From contig CAVRGP010000011.1 in the NCBI GenBank assembly GCA_963720755.1, positions 64,001 to 128,000 of the forward strand: 64,000 bases of DNA, written 5' to 3'. Position numbers and translations under genes: made by a program. This document shows positions 35,361 to 46,460 of the stretch, piece by piece; position 1 is the first letter of the stretch; each line of letters starts with the position of its first letter. Under the pieces are notes generated by a model, which worked only from the letters and a program-made list of their open reading frames with translations, searched no databases and was not told the DNA's origin. The stretch comes from an uncultured Chloroflexia bacterium. GTDB lineage: Bacteria > Chloroflexota > Limnocylindria > Limnocylindrales > CSP1-4.

Positions 35361-36175
35361 CGCGGGATCTCCGCCGCTGCGGCCTCATCAAGGATCCAGG
35401 TGGCCCCGGCTCGGCGTGCCAACTGAGCGGGCCACCGGCGCGGATCCCATTCTGGTCCGAAGATCTTGCCGATGACCGGGGCCTTATCCGCACCGAAGGC
35501 GACGACGATGACGTGGCGGGCCGCTCCGACCAGTGCCGGGTTGAGGGTGACGCGCTCGAGGTGCGGCTCGATGTGGACGGGAGCGGGAACGGCCAGGACC
35601 GTTTCGGTCGCGTCGAACGCCAGCGAGCCCGGGAAGACCGACAGGATGTGGCCGTCCGGTCCGACACCGAGCAGGATGAGATCGAGGGCCGGCCAGCCGC
35701 CGGGCTGCTTCGGCGTGACGTCGCGGAGGGTTTGGGCCAGCGACCATGCGCACCAGGTCGCGCCCGAGCCACGACCGATCGCCTCCGCCGTCGGGAACGG
35801 ATGGACCTGGCTGAGCGGGATCGGCACGGCCCGCATCACGCCCTCGGTCCCTTCCTCGGCTTGCCCGATGGCGAGCATGATGTCGTCGAAGGGCTTGACG
35901 TTCGACTCGGGGTGGTCGCGCGGGACGAACCGGTCGTCACCCCACCAGACGTGGACGTCGCTCCAGGGGACCGCGTCCACCAGGGGGGTCGACGCGAGGT
36001 TCCGATAGATCCCGGTCGGGCTGGAGCCCCCGGTCGTGGCCCAATCTGCCCGGCCGCGCTCCGAAACGGTGGCACGGAGTTGTGCGGCGATTCGGTCCGA
36101 TGCGACGGCTTCGCATGCCACGGCATCCGGCACGATGATGACCTCGGGTTCGTCCACGGTCGGGTGACCGGTCAT
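35357..36175 (-). CDS. pgl: 6-phosphogluconolactonase
   Basis: TGGSSP, WGDDRFVP..HPESN, DLILLGVGPDGHILSVFP, RVTL. Confidence 0.92.
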   Translation of the reverse strand: MTGHPTVDEPEVIIVPDAVACEAVASDRIAAQLRATVSERGRADWATTGGSSPTGIYRNLASTPLVDAVPWSDVHVWWGDDRFVPRDHPESNVKPFDDIMLAIGQAEEGTEGVMRAVPIPLSQVHPFPTAEAIGRGSGATWCAWSLAQTLRDVTPKQPGGWPALDLILLGVGPDGHILSVFPGSLAFDATETVLAVPAPVHIEPHLERVTLNPALVGAARHVIVVAFGADKAPVIGKIFGPEWDPRRWPAQLARRAGATWILDEAAAAEIPR

Positions 36176-37437
36176 GATCGTCGGCCGCCATCCGAGCGAT
36201 CATCCCCGACCAGGGACGCGGCCGCGCGCAGGGCGCCCACCGCCACCGGATCGCGCCGCCCGGATTCGATCGCGTCGGCGAGCAGGTCGACCTCGCCCCG
36301 CCGGGGCGCCCGGAAACGGCGGTCGAGGGCCTCGACGCCATCGAGCCAGACCCGCGACCGGACCGTTTCGGCCTCCGCCGTCACGTCGGCGCGGAGTTCC
36401 GATCCTCGTCGTTCGGCCAGCAATTCGACACGCAGGGTCGTGCCGGCCGGCATCGCCGACAGGAGTGGTCTGATGACCACGGCGACGTCGCCGCGACCAT
36501 CCGACAGCGTCGCGACCTGACCCCGGCCGGTCGTGGGTCGGCCGGCGGCCGGCCGCGCGTTCGCCGGGCGTGCTGCGCTCTGCGGCCCCCCGGCCACGGT
36601 CAGGGGCTTCACGACCGAGAGGCCGAGACGCGAGGCGAGCCAACCGACGTGGTAGATCGGTTTGACGAGGTTGGTCGAGCTCGGATCATCGGTCTCGTCG
36701 TGGGTCGCATAGGTGACCGCGATCCGCCGGAGCGAGCGCAGGTACGGGAGGAAATCCTGGTCGTCGAAGATCGAGGCGATCGCTTCGCGCCAGCGGGACT
36801 GACGCTCGAGGGCGAAGTCGCTGATGGCCAGATTCGACGTGTCGAGGAGTCGGGCCATCTGGCGAAGCCGGGTGAGGCCATCCGAGCTCCAGGTCGACCC
36901 GTCGACCACAAGACGATCGGCCCCGGCGAGGAGCCGTCCCGCCGCCGTGCTGGTCAGGGCCGGTTCGCCGGGCCACCAGACCGTGACCGGCAGGTCATGG
37001 ATGATCAGCGGCGTGGCGATGGCCGTCAGATGCCGACCTGCTTCCCCGCCGGAGCGGATGTGGATCGTCTCTGCACACGTCTCCGCAACGCCGGCATTCG
37101 GCAGGACGCAGTGGGCCTCGATCCGCGCGTCGAGCCAGGAGGGCCCGTCCGGATCGGCTGACTGGATGACCACGGTCCGCGACGGGAGTCGGCCCGTGAG
37201 CGCCTGGATCGTGGCGGCGCTTCGCTCGGCCAGTTCCGGGCCGGGCGCGATGACGATGAGGTTCATCACGTTCGTCCTGGCCGCCACGGTCCCGGTCAGA
37301 TCGCCGTCCGTGTGGCCCGGATGATCCTGGGCGACCCACATCCGGCTGATCTCCGTCTCGATCTCGGCGATGCTGTGCGCCCGTGCCGACCAGCGCAGGG
37401 CAGGCTCCGCGATGCGAGCAGACGCCTCGGTCGTCAT
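36172..37437 (-). CDS. opcA: Glucose-6-phosphate dehydrogenase assembly protein OpcA
   Basis: VMNLIV, PSR, DLPVTVWW, DRLVVD, WRE.IA..FD; directly downstream of zwf. Confidence 0.85.
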   Translation of the reverse strand: MTTEASARIAEPALRWSARAHSIAEIETEISRMWVAQDHPGHTDGDLTGTVAARTNVMNLIVIAPGPELAERSAATIQALTGRLPSRTVVIQSADPDGPSWLDARIEAHCVLPNAGVAETCAETIHIRSGGEAGRHLTAIATPLIIHDLPVTVWWPGEPALTSTAAGRLLAGADRLVVDGSTWSSDGLTRLRQMARLLDTSNLAISDFALERQSRWREAIASIFDDQDFLPYLRSLRRIAVTYATHDETDDPSSTNLVKPIYHVGWLASRLGLSVVKPLTVAGGPQSAARPANARPAAGRPTTGRGQVATLSDGRGDVAVVIRPLLSAMPAGTTLRVELLAERRGSELRADVTAEAETVRSRVWLDGVEALDRRFRAPRRGEVDLLADAIESGRRDPVAVGALRAAASLVGDDRSDGGRRS

Positions 37438-37447
37438 CGCTCCGTCC

Positions 37448-39139
37448 TCAGATGCGGCGCCAGGCGCGCCCATCGCGATCGAGCAACCGATCGGCTGCTT
37501 CCGGGCCCCACGTGCCGGCATCGTAGTTCGGGAAGTGCGGTTCCGCTGCGGTCGCCCAGGTCTCGACGATCGGGTCGACGATCCCCCACGCCTCCTCGAC
37601 CTCGTCCGCCCGGGTGAACAGCGACGCGTCACCCTGCAGCGCGTCGAGGATGAGCGTCTCGTATGCGTCCGGCGAATCGACGCTGAATGCCGACCCGTAG
37701 GTGAAGTCCATCGCCACCGACCGGACGTCGAGGCCGAGGCCGGGGACCTTGGCTCCGAATCGAAGCATGATCCCCTCATCCGGCTGGATCCTGATCACCA
37801 GCAGGTTCGCGTCCGGCGCGACGCCCTGATCTTCGAACAGGCGGTGCGGGACTTCTCGGTACTGGATGGCGATCTCGGTCGCCCGCTTGGGCAAGCGCTT
37901 CCCGGTCCGGATGTAGAACGGCACTCCGGACCAGCGCCAGTCGTCGATCGTCAGCTTCGCGGCCACGTACGTCTCGGTCTCGGATGCGGGGTCGACCGCC
38001 TCTTCCTCGCGATAGCCGAGGACCTGGGTCGCGGAGACCCAGCCCGGCCCGTACTGGCCGCGAACCACGTCGCTCGCCGGGTCGGTCGAGATCGCCCGGA
38101 GCACCTTGACCTTCTCGTCGCGCAGGGCGTCGGCCTGGAACGTGGCCGGCGGTTCCATCGCGATCAGGCTGACCAGCTGGAGGAGATGGTTCTGGAGGAC
38201 GTCGCGTGACGCGCCGGTCTGCTCATAGAACGCGCCCCGACTTTCGATCCCGATCGACTCCGCCACCGTGATCTGGACGTGGTCGACGTAGCGGCGATTC
38301 CAGAGTGGCTCGAAGATCCCGTTCCCGAAGCGGAAGACCAGGAGGTTGCGGACGGTCTCCTTCCCCAGGTAGTGATCGATGCGATAGACCTGCGTTTCGC
38401 GGAAGACCTTGCCGACCTCGCGATTCAGGCGCCGCGCCGAGTCGAGATCGTGGCCGAACGGCTTTTCGACGACGATCCGGCGCCACCCACCGTCGTGCCG
38501 CTCGTGGTCCAGACCCGCCCGGCCGAGCTGTGCGACGATCTCGGCGAACTGGGCCGGTTGCGTCGCGAGGTAATAGAGCCGGTTGCCACGGGTCCCGTGT
38601 TCCTCATCGTGCCCGTCGAGGGCCACGGCCAGCTCGTCGAAGCCGTCGGTGTCGTCGAAGTCGAGGCGGTGATATTCGATCCGTTCCGCGAACAATTCCC
38701 AGGCATCGACATCGATAGGGAGGACCCGGCTGAACTTCTCGAGGGCAGCCCGGAGCTCTGCCCGGAACGTCTGGTCGTCGTACGGTCGCCGACCGATGGC
38801 GACGAGGGTGAACTCGTGGGGCAGGAGGTTGTTGCGCCACAGCTGGTAGAGCGCGGGGATGACCTTGCGATGGGCGAGGTCGCCGGTCGCGCCGAAGAGG
38901 ACGAGGATCGACGGGTCAGGGACCCGCTCCAGGCGGAGGCCCTCGCGAAGCACGTTCTGGGCCGGCTTGGCCCGTGACGGTCGGCGACCCTCCCGCGACG
39001 CACGCAGCTCCTTCATCGTCGCCGGCGTTTCCTTCGGACGGGGCGCCGGGCGGGCCGGGACTGGTTGATCGCTCGGGACGTCGACGGGAGCCCGGCGGCG
39101 TGGCTTCGCGCTCGGGGTCCGGGGTCGGGTCGCCGCCAT
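37448..39139 (-). CDS. zwf: Glucose-6-phosphate 1-dehydrogenase
   Basis: GATGDLA, EKPFGHD, RIDHYLGKE, RDVLQNHLLQ, RWSGVPFYIRTGK. Confidence 0.97.
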   Translation of the reverse strand: MAATRPRTPSAKPRRRAPVDVPSDQPVPARPAPRPKETPATMKELRASREGRRPSRAKPAQNVLREGLRLERVPDPSILVLFGATGDLAHRKVIPALYQLWRNNLLPHEFTLVAIGRRPYDDQTFRAELRAALEKFSRVLPIDVDAWELFAERIEYHRLDFDDTDGFDELAVALDGHDEEHGTRGNRLYYLATQPAQFAEIVAQLGRAGLDHERHDGGWRRIVVEKPFGHDLDSARRLNREVGKVFRETQVYRIDHYLGKETVRNLLVFRFGNGIFEPLWNRRYVDHVQITVAESIGIESRGAFYEQTGASRDVLQNHLLQLVSLIAMEPPATFQADALRDEKVKVLRAISTDPASDVVRGQYGPGWVSATQVLGYREEEAVDPASETETYVAAKLTIDDWRWSGVPFYIRTGKRLPKRATEIAIQYREVPHRLFEDQGVAPDANLLVIRIQPDEGIMLRFGAKVPGLGLDVRSVAMDFTYGSAFSVDSPDAYETLILDALQGDASLFTRADEVEEAWGIVDPIVETWATAAEPHFPNYDAGTWGPEAADRLLDRDGRAWRRI

Positions 39140-39145
39140 CGAGCG

Positions 39146-40045
39146 CTACTCGGTCTTGACTTCGTGCCCGCCGAACTCGTTGCGCAGGGCGGCCAGCACC
39201 TTGGCCCCGTACGAGTCGTCCTGGCGCGAGCGGAAGCGCGTCAGCAGCGACAGGGTGATGATCGGCGCAGGGACGTCGTGGTCGATCGCCTCCTGGATCG
39301 TCCAGCGGCCCTCACCGGAATCGGCCACGAACCCCTTGAGATGGTCCAGGTCCTGGCCGTTCGATCGGAACGCCCGACCGGCAAGCTCGAGCAGCCACGA
39401 GCGAACGACCGATCCCTGCATCCACAGGTCGGAGATGGCTGCGAAGTCGAGGTCATAGTCACCCGCGTGCATGATCTCGAAGCCCTCGGCATAGGCCTGC
39501 ATCAGGCCGTATTCGATGCCGTTGTGGACCATCTTCACGTAGTGGCCGGCGCCGGGCCCGCCGACGTGCAGGTAGCCATCCGGAGGCGCCAGCGAGGTGA
39601 AGACCGGGACCAGCGGCTCGACCGCCGAGGCATCGCCGCCGACCATCAGGCAATAGCCCACCTGGAGACCCCAGACCCCGCCCGAGACGCCGGCATCGAC
39701 GTAGCGAATGCCCTTGGCTGCGAGTCCGCGGTGGCGGCCCACATCGTCATGGAAGTTGGTATTGCCGCCGTCGATGATCGTGTCGCCCGGCTCCAGGTGC
39801 TCGAGCAGCTCGGCGATCTGGGCCTCAGTCGCGTCGCCGGCCGGGACCATGACCCAGACGGCGCGGGGTTTCTCGAGTGCCGCGACGAGTTCCGCGATCG
39901 AGAAGGTCGCCGTCGGCCCTTCTTCGGCGATCTCCCGGGTCTTCTCCGGCGTCCGGTTGTAGATGACGATCTCGTGGCCGTCGCGGACCAGCCGGCGGAC
40001 CATGTTGGCCCCCATCCGGCCGAGCCCGATGAACCCGATGCGCAT
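39146..40045 (-). CDS. gnd: 6-phosphogluconate dehydrogenase (decarboxylating, short type)
   Basis: IGLGRMG, IDGGN, DAGVSGG, GHYVKMVHNGIEYG, DSGEGRWT, RNEFGGH. Confidence 0.95.
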   Translation of the reverse strand: MRIGFIGLGRMGANMVRRLVRDGHEIVIYNRTPEKTREIAEEGPTATFSIAELVAALEKPRAVWVMVPAGDATEAQIAELLEHLEPGDTIIDGGNTNFHDDVGRHRGLAAKGIRYVDAGVSGGVWGLQVGYCLMVGGDASAVEPLVPVFTSLAPPDGYLHVGGPGAGHYVKMVHNGIEYGLMQAYAEGFEIMHAGDYDLDFAAISDLWMQGSVVRSWLLELAGRAFRSNGQDLDHLKGFVADSGEGRWTIQEAIDHDVPAPIITLSLLTRFRSRQDDSYGAKVLAALRNEFGGHEVKTE

Positions 40046-40049
40046 CCCG

Positions 40050-41834
40050 TCAGCCCTCCGTCGTCGTCTCGAGGGCTGCCGCGAGGGCCCGTTCCAGGGC
40101 GGCCAGGCCGGCGTCAGGGTCCGCCCCGAGGTGGACCCGCAGGATCGGCAGGTCATGGGATTCGATCGCGCCGAAGTCACCGGCCGCCTGGGCGTCGATC
40201 AGTTGCCCGAAGGTGTACGGCCAGTCCGGGATGTCGACGTCGGTCGGGTGGTCCGAGGTGAGCTGGACGAACAGCCCGATCGGTGCTCCGCCCTTGTGGA
40301 GCTGGCCGGTCGAGTGCAGGAAGCGGGGGCCATAGCCCGCCGTCGTGGCTCGGCCGGTCCTGTCGCGGAGCAAGGTCCGGATCCGGGCGAACGCCTCGTC
40401 CCGCGCGGGGCTCGGCGCGATGAACGCCTGCAGACAGAGGTACCCGTCGGGGCGTCGTCGGGCGAGATGGCGGGTCAGTTCGCCGACGACGTCGCCCGCG
40501 CCAGCCGTCAGGCGCAGCACCGCGTCACCGAACAGGGTCAGTCCGTCGCCTCGGGCGATCGGCTCGATGGGTGGTGCCCCTGCCGATCGATCATCGTGCT
40601 CGCCGACGGCCTCGAGCACGTCCCGGGTCAACTGCTTCGCCTCCTCGACATTGGGTTGATCGAACGGGTCGATGCCGAGGACGACGCCCGCGATCGCGGT
40701 CGCCACTTCCCACCGGATGAATTCTGCGCCGAGGTCGATCGGGTCGTTGATCTCGATCCGCACGACCGGATGACCGGCGCCCTCGAGCGCCGCAGCGAGG
40801 GCATCGCGCTCGCCGCCATCCGCATCGGCCAGGGCGATCCGGACGAACGCCCGGTCGGTCCCGTAGGTGTCGACCGCTCCGAGGGGCTCGAGGTCGATCG
40901 GCACGACCCCGACCCCGTGTTTGCCGGTGCTCTCGGCGATCAGCTGCTCGACCCACGCACCGAAGCTGACGATCTCGTCGTCGGTGAGGAAGGTCAACTT
41001 GTCGCGCCCGGCTTTCGCCAGGGTCCCGATCGCGATCCCGAGCGACAGGCCCGGGTTGATCGCGGGATCCGGCTCTCGGCACGCCCCGAGCATCGCCGAC
41101 GCCGAAGCGATCAGGGCATCGAGGTCGATCCCGATGAGTGACGCCGGCACGAGCCCGACGTAGCTCAGCGCGGAATACCGTCCCCCGATGTCCGGCGGAT
41201 TGATGAAGACCTCCCGGAAGTCGTCCGTGTGCGCGATCGCAGCGACGCTCCGGCCGGGGTCGGTGATCGCCGCGAAGTATGCGCCCGGGTGCTCGTAGCG
41301 ATTGTGTGGCACGGCCTCGAGCGCGGCATCGGCGCGAGCCCAGGCGTAGGCCAGGAACGCATTCGGCTCGGTCGTCGTCCCCGACTTCGAGGCGATGATG
41401 ACGAGCGTCCGGATCGGGTCGAGGTCGTCCAGCGTGGCCGAGACCGCGGCCGGGTCGGTGGAGTCCAGGATCCGGATCACCGGATAGCCTTCGAGCGCGC
41501 CGAAGGTGCGATGGAGGACGTCCGGGGCGAGACTGCTGCCGCCCATCCCGGCCACGACGACGGTGGTGTAGCCCTCATCGACGATCGCATCGCCGAATCC
41601 TTCGAGCCCGGCCGTCCGGTCTGCGAAGTGGGCGGGCGCATCGAGCCAACCGAGACGCTCGGCGATCGCCCGCCCGACCCGCTCATCGCCGGTCCACAGG
41701 GTGACGTCGCGAGCGAACAGGCGGTTGGCCCATTCGGCCTCCCGAGCGCGGTCAACCGCCACGGCATACGCGGCGGCGCCGTCGCCAAGGGCCAGGCGAG
41801 GAGCAGCGAGGGCGGTCGAGGCAGAGTCGGTCAT
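40050..41834 (-). CDS. pgi: Glucose-6-phosphate isomerase (Tal/Pgi-type PGI domain)
   Basis: GMGGSSL, SKSGTT, GGRYSALS, EQLIAESTGK, PFDQPNVEEAK, GPRFLHSTGQLHKGG. Confidence 0.9.
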   Translation of the reverse strand: MTDSASTALAAPRLALGDGAAAYAVAVDRAREAEWANRLFARDVTLWTGDERVGRAIAERLGWLDAPAHFADRTAGLEGFGDAIVDEGYTTVVVAGMGGSSLAPDVLHRTFGALEGYPVIRILDSTDPAAVSATLDDLDPIRTLVIIASKSGTTTEPNAFLAYAWARADAALEAVPHNRYEHPGAYFAAITDPGRSVAAIAHTDDFREVFINPPDIGGRYSALSYVGLVPASLIGIDLDALIASASAMLGACREPDPAINPGLSLGIAIGTLAKAGRDKLTFLTDDEIVSFGAWVEQLIAESTGKHGVGVVPIDLEPLGAVDTYGTDRAFVRIALADADGGERDALAAALEGAGHPVVRIEINDPIDLGAEFIRWEVATAIAGVVLGIDPFDQPNVEEAKQLTRDVLEAVGEHDDRSAGAPPIEPIARGDGLTLFGDAVLRLTAGAGDVVGELTRHLARRRPDGYLCLQAFIAPSPARDEAFARIRTLLRDRTGRATTAGYGPRFLHSTGQLHKGGAPIGLFVQLTSDHPTDVDIPDWPYTFGQLIDAQAAGDFGAIESHDLPILRVHLGADPDAGLAALERALAAALETTTEG

Positions 41835-41889
41835 GCGTGTCTCCGAACTGGTGGTCCATGGTACGCCGCCCGCGGTTCGGGGCGGCAGA

Positions 41890-42348
41890 TCAGCGATCGC
41901 GCGCGGCGGCCTCGATGGCGAGCACCTTGTCCAGCCGTCGTTGGTGGCGAGACTCGCCGCTGAACGTCGCGGTGGCGAACGCCCTCGTGCACTCGACGGC
42001 TGGTTCCACGCCGATCACCCGTGCGCCCAGGGTGAGCACGTTCATGTCATCGTGCTCGACCCCCTGGTGGGCCGAGTACGTGTCGTGGCAGACGGCCGCG
42101 CGGACGCCGGGGATCTTGTTGGCGGCGACCGACGCTCCGACCCCGGAACCACAGATCAGGACACCCCGGTCTGCCTGCCCGTTCGCGATCGCATCGCCCA
42201 GGCGCTGGGCGAAGTCCGGGTAGTCGTCGGTCGGGTCGGAGCCGTCACCACCGAGGTCGACGAGTTCATGCCCCGTGCCCGCGAGGCGATCGAGGAGCTC
42301 GTCCTTGAGGGCCGCTCCGGCGTGATCGGCCGCGAATGCGATGCGCAT
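41890..42348 (-). CDS. rpiB: Ribose-5-phosphate isomerase B
   Basis: DHAG, DYPD, CGSGVG, ANKIPGVRAA, RHQRR. Confidence 0.95.
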   Translation of the reverse strand: MRIAFAADHAGAALKDELLDRLAGTGHELVDLGGDGSDPTDDYPDFAQRLGDAIANGQADRGVLICGSGVGASVAANKIPGVRAAVCHDTYSAHQGVEHDDMNVLTLGARVIGVEPAVECTRAFATATFSGESRHQRRLDKVLAIEAAARDR

Positions 42349-42392
42349 GCATCAAAGCATACGGCGCCGACGTGGCCGTCGATGCGCAGTCC

Positions 42393-44465
42393 CTAACGCC
42401 GGCGCGGATCCATCCAGCCGAAGTGGCCACCATCAAGGGTCGGGATACGACCGTGCAACCCTTCCCGGACGACCCGGCGGCCGATATCGGTGACGCGGTC
42501 GGTCGTGAAGCCGAACTTGTCGAAGATCGTCGCGGCCGGTGCCGACGCACCGAAGTGATCGAGCCCGATGATCGCGCCCTCGTCGCCGACCCAGCGCTCC
42601 CACCCGAGCGATACCCCGATCTCGACGCTGACCCGCTTGCGGACGGCCGGCGGCAGGACCTCGTCCTGGTAGGCCTGGCCCTGGGCGTCGAACCGTTCCC
42701 AGCAGGGCAGCGAGACGACCCGGGTCGGGATCCCGTCGGCTTCGAGTGCGTCGGCGGCCGAGAAGGCGAGCTGGAGTTCGGACCCGGTCCCGATCATGAT
42801 CAGCTCGGGTGTGCCACCCGAGGCCTCGCGCAACACGTAGCCGCCTCGCGCGACGCCGTCGCGGGCGAGGCGGTCCGTCCCCGGGAGTGTCGGGAGCTTC
42901 TGACGGGTGAGGGCCAGCGCCACCGGACCGTCGGACCGAGCCGCCGCCAGCGCCCAAGCCGCTGCGGTCTCGTTCGCGTCCCCCGGGCGCACGAACCAGA
43001 GGTTGGGGATCGCCCGGAGCGCGGCGTAGTGCTCGACGGGCTGATGGGTCGGTCCATCCTCGCCCAGGCCGACCGAGTCGTGTGTCCAGACATAGACCAC
43101 GTGGAGGCTGGACAAGGCGGCGAGCCGGACGCTGCCTCGCATGTAGTCGCTGAAGGTCAGGAACGTGGCGCAGTAGGGCAGGAAGCCTCCGTGATAGGCG
43201 ATCCCGTTGGCGATCCCACCCATCGCGTGCTCTCGGACACCGAAGCGGATGTTCCTCCCGGCCTCATCGGCGCTGAAATCGAGCGCTCCCTTGACATCGG
43301 TCAGGTTCGATTCGGACAGGTCCGCAGCACCCCCGAAGAGCTCTGGCAGACGGTCCGCCAGCGCGGCGATGGCGTCCTGGCTGGCATTCCGGGTGGCAAC
43401 CTCCGTGCCGGTCTCGTATACCTTCAGATCGCTGTCCCACCCGTCGGGCGATCCGCTGGCGAGCATCCGGCGTCGGAGTTCTGCGGCGGCGTCCGGATAG
43501 GCATCCTGGAAGGCATAGAACCGGGATTCCCAGTCGCGGTAGCGCTCCTCGCCGACATCGATCGCCTGGCGCAGATGTTCGGACACTTCCGGCGGGATGT
43601 AGAACGACCGGTCGGGATCCCAGCCATAGGCCTCCTTGGTCAGGCGAACCTCCTCTGGGCCGAGCGGCGATCCATGCGCCTTCTGGCTGTCGTGCTTGTT
43701 CGGGCTGCCGAACCCGATATGCGTCCGGATCGCGATGAGGCTCGGCCGCTCGTCGGCCTGCGCGGTCCGGATGGCGGCCTCGATCGCGGCGATGTCATTG
43801 CCGTCCACCACCCGCTGGGTGTGCCAGCCGTACGCATCGAACCGCTCGAGGACGTTCTCCGACCAGGCCATCGTCGTGGGGCCGTCGAGCTGGATGCCGT
43901 TGTCGTCGTACAGGACGATGAGCTTGCCCAGGCGAAGGTGCCCGGCGAGGCTCGCGGCTTCGGACGAGATCCCTTCCTGGAGGTCCCCGTCCGACGCGAT
44001 GACCCAGGTCCGGTGGTCGACGATGTCGTGGCCGGGCCGCCCGAACTCATGGGCCAGCCGCCGCTCCGCGATGGCCATCCCGACCGCGTTGGTGAAGCCC
44101 TGACCGAGCGGTCCGGTCGTCGCCTCGACGCCTGGGGTCAGGCCGTACTCCGGGTGGCCCGGCGTGATGCTGCCCCACTGGCGGAAGGACTCGAGATCCT
44201 CGAGGGAGACGGCATAGCCGGTCAGGTGCAGGAGCGAATAGAGGAGCATGCTGGCGTGCCCGGCGCTCAGGACGAAGCGGTCGCGGTCGGCCCAGTCGGG
44301 GTGTGCCGGAGCGTGGCGCAGGAACCGGGTCCACAGGACGTAGGCCATCGGCGCGGCTCCCATGGGCGCACCCGGATGGCCGGAGTTCGCCTTCTGGACG
44401 CCATCGATCGAGAGTGTCCGGATCGTGTCGATGGACAGCTGATCGAGGTCGGTCGCGATGGTCAT
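42393..44465 (-). CDS. tkt: Transketolase
   Basis: [50 protein letters not shown]. Confidence 0.97.
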   Translation of the reverse strand: MTIATDLDQLSIDTIRTLSIDGVQKANSGHPGAPMGAAPMAYVLWTRFLRHAPAHPDWADRDRFVLSAGHASMLLYSLLHLTGYAVSLEDLESFRQWGSITPGHPEYGLTPGVEATTGPLGQGFTNAVGMAIAERRLAHEFGRPGHDIVDHRTWVIASDGDLQEGISSEAASLAGHLRLGKLIVLYDDNGIQLDGPTTMAWSENVLERFDAYGWHTQRVVDGNDIAAIEAAIRTAQADERPSLIAIRTHIGFGSPNKHDSQKAHGSPLGPEEVRLTKEAYGWDPDRSFYIPPEVSEHLRQAIDVGEERYRDWESRFYAFQDAYPDAAAELRRRMLASGSPDGWDSDLKVYETGTEVATRNASQDAIAALADRLPELFGGAADLSESNLTDVKGALDFSADEAGRNIRFGVREHAMGGIANGIAYHGGFLPYCATFLTFSDYMRGSVRLAALSSLHVVYVWTHDSVGLGEDGPTHQPVEHYAALRAIPNLWFVRPGDANETAAAWALAAARSDGPVALALTRQKLPTLPGTDRLARDGVARGGYVLREASGGTPELIMIGTGSELQLAFSAADALEADGIPTRVVSLPCWERFDAQGQAYQDEVLPPAVRKRVSVEIGVSLGWERWVGDEGAIIGLDHFGASAPAATIFDKFGFTTDRVTDIGRRVVREGLHGRIPTLDGGHFGWMDPRRR

Positions 44466-44535
44466 GGTCCGAGGCTCCGTTCGGCAAGGGAAGGGGGTCG
44501 AGTCATTGTAGTCGTGGCCGGGCTATCCTCCGACC

Positions 44536-45498
44536 ATGCCGCCCATCCCACGACCCAGGCGACCGCGACGCCCTGCCCGCCGGTCGAGGGTGGTCGTCCT
44601 CGGCGATCTGATGCTCGACGTGGTGATGGCTCCGGCCCGACCACTCGAACCCGGTACGGACGTGCCCGGCCGGATCCTGCTGGTGCAGGGCGGATCGGCG
44701 GCCAATACCGCTCGCTGGGTGGCGCGACTCGGGGCTCGGTCAACGTTGATCGCCGCCGTCGGACGCGATGCAGCCGGCCGCGCCCTGGTCGCCGCGATCC
44801 GTCACGACGGCGTCGTGTCCCACATCGCCAGGGTCGGTGGTGCCGCGACGGGCCGGATCGGTGTCTTCGTGACCCCTGATGGCGAGCGCAGTTTCGTGGC
44901 GGACCGGGGAGCGGCCGATCGACTCGAGCAGACCTTCCTCAAGCCAGCCTGGTTCGCCGGCGCCGACATGCTCCACCTGCCGGTCTACTCGCTCCTCGGC
45001 GCGTCGCTGGGATCCGCCGCCCGGCGAGCCGTCGAGCTGGCCCGGGCGGCTGGCACCCCCGTGAGTGTGGATCTGGCCTCGGTCGGCCCGCTGCTGGCGG
45101 ACGGACGCCGTCCAGCCCAGGCGCTGGTCAGTGCCATCGAGCCGGCCATCCTGTTCGGTACCGCCGCCGAAGCCGAGGCTCTGCTCGGGCCGCGCGACGT
45201 CGAGGGCTTGCTGGAGATGGCCCCGATCGCGGTGGTCAAGCGCGGGCCGAAGGGGTCGACCGTCCTGCTTCGCCAGGGTTCGGAGCGGCTCCGGTTCGAG
45301 ATCGCCACGGAACACCTGCCGGCAAGCGACACGACCGGTGCCGGGGACGCCTTCGATGCCGGGTTCCTGGTCGCCTGGTCGGATGCCCGCGCCTCGGGCC
45401 GGTCCGGGCCTGCCTCGCTCCAGCGCGCTGCTCTGGCCGGGCATCGGGCAGCAGCCCGCCAGATCTCCACGCCACGACCCGAATTGCCGCTCGCCTGA
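44536..45498 (+). CDS. PfkB-family sugar kinase (probable pseudouridine kinase)
   Basis: GGSAANTA, VKRGPKG, DTTGAGDAF; TGATG overlap with psuG. Confidence 0.85.
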   Translation: MPPIPRPRRPRRPARRSRVVVLGDLMLDVVMAPARPLEPGTDVPGRILLVQGGSAANTARWVARLGARSTLIAAVGRDAAGRALVAAIRHDGVVSHIARVGGAATGRIGVFVTPDGERSFVADRGAADRLEQTFLKPAWFAGADMLHLPVYSLLGASLGSAARRAVELARAAGTPVSVDLASVGPLLADGRRPAQALVSAIEPAILFGTAAEAEALLGPRDVEGLLEMAPIAVVKRGPKGSTVLLRQGSERLRFEIATEHLPASDTTGAGDAFDAGFLVAWSDARASGRSGPASLQRAALAGHRAAARQISTPRPELPLA

Positions 45499-46460
45499 TG
45501 CTGTCCGATCGGATCGCCGTCCATCCCGAGGTCCGGGAGGCCCTGGCCGACGGGGGTCCGGTCGTTGCGCTCGAATCGACCCTGATCAGCCACGGCCTGC
45601 CCTATCCGCAGAACCTCGACGTCGCCAGTGCGTCGGAAGCGGCCGTGCGGACGTCCGGCGCGGTCCCGGCGACGGTCGCGATCCACGATGGCCGCCTGCT
45701 CGTCGGGCTTGACGAGCCGGCCCTGGTCGCCCTCGCCACCGCGGCCCCCGGCTCCGTCCGCAAGGCGTCGCGCCCGAGCCTCGCCGCGGCCTTGGCCGGT
45801 GGGGGCTGGGCGGCGACCACGGTCTCGGCGACGATGATCGCGGCCCACGCCGCCGGGATCGTCGTCTTCGCCACCGGAGGGATCGGTGGCGTGCATCGCG
45901 GGGCGCTGGGCGACCCTCGAACGGCCGACGGGTCCAGGCCGGCGACCCTCGACATCTCGTCCGATCTCGAAGAGCTGGGGCGGACCGCCATGGCGGTCGT
46001 GTGCGCCGGTCCGAAGGCGATCCTCGACGTCCGGGCGACGCTCGAATACCTCGAGACGCGAGGCGTGCCCGTCATCGCCGTCGGCCAGGCAGAGCTGCCG
46101 GGCTTCTACGCCCGCTCGTCCGGGATCCCGGCGCCGTCGTCCGTCCCCGATGTCGCCGGCGCGGCCGCGGTCGTCGGGATCCACCTGCGGCTGGGCCTGG
46201 GTGGCGCCCTCATCTGCGTCCCGGTCCCGGAACCCGAGGCGTTGGAGGATGCCCTGGTGCGGGACGTGGTCGCCCGGGCCATCGCCGATGCCGATGCGGC
46301 CGGCGTCCGGGGTCCGGAGCTCACGCCCTGGCTGCTCGCACGGATCGCCACGCTCACGTACGGAGCCTCGATCCGGGCGAACACGGCGCTCATCGTCAAC
46401 GACGCCGCCGTCGCCGGGACCCTGGCTGTCGAGCTGGCTGCCGACACGACCCGCGCCTGA
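45498..46460 (+). CDS. psuG: Pseudouridine-5'-phosphate glycosidase
   Basis: VALESTLISHGLPYP, ATTVSATM, TGGIGGVHRG, DISSDL, KAILD, LTPWLL. Confidence 0.95.
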   Translation: MLSDRIAVHPEVREALADGGPVVALESTLISHGLPYPQNLDVASASEAAVRTSGAVPATVAIHDGRLLVGLDEPALVALATAAPGSVRKASRPSLAAALAGGGWAATTVSATMIAAHAAGIVVFATGGIGGVHRGALGDPRTADGSRPATLDISSDLEELGRTAMAVVCAGPKAILDVRATLEYLETRGVPVIAVGQAELPGFYARSSGIPAPSSVPDVAGAAAVVGIHLRLGLGGALICVPVPEPEALEDALVRDVVARAIADADAAGVRGPELTPWLLARIATLTYGASIRANTALIVNDAAVAGTLAVELAADTTRA

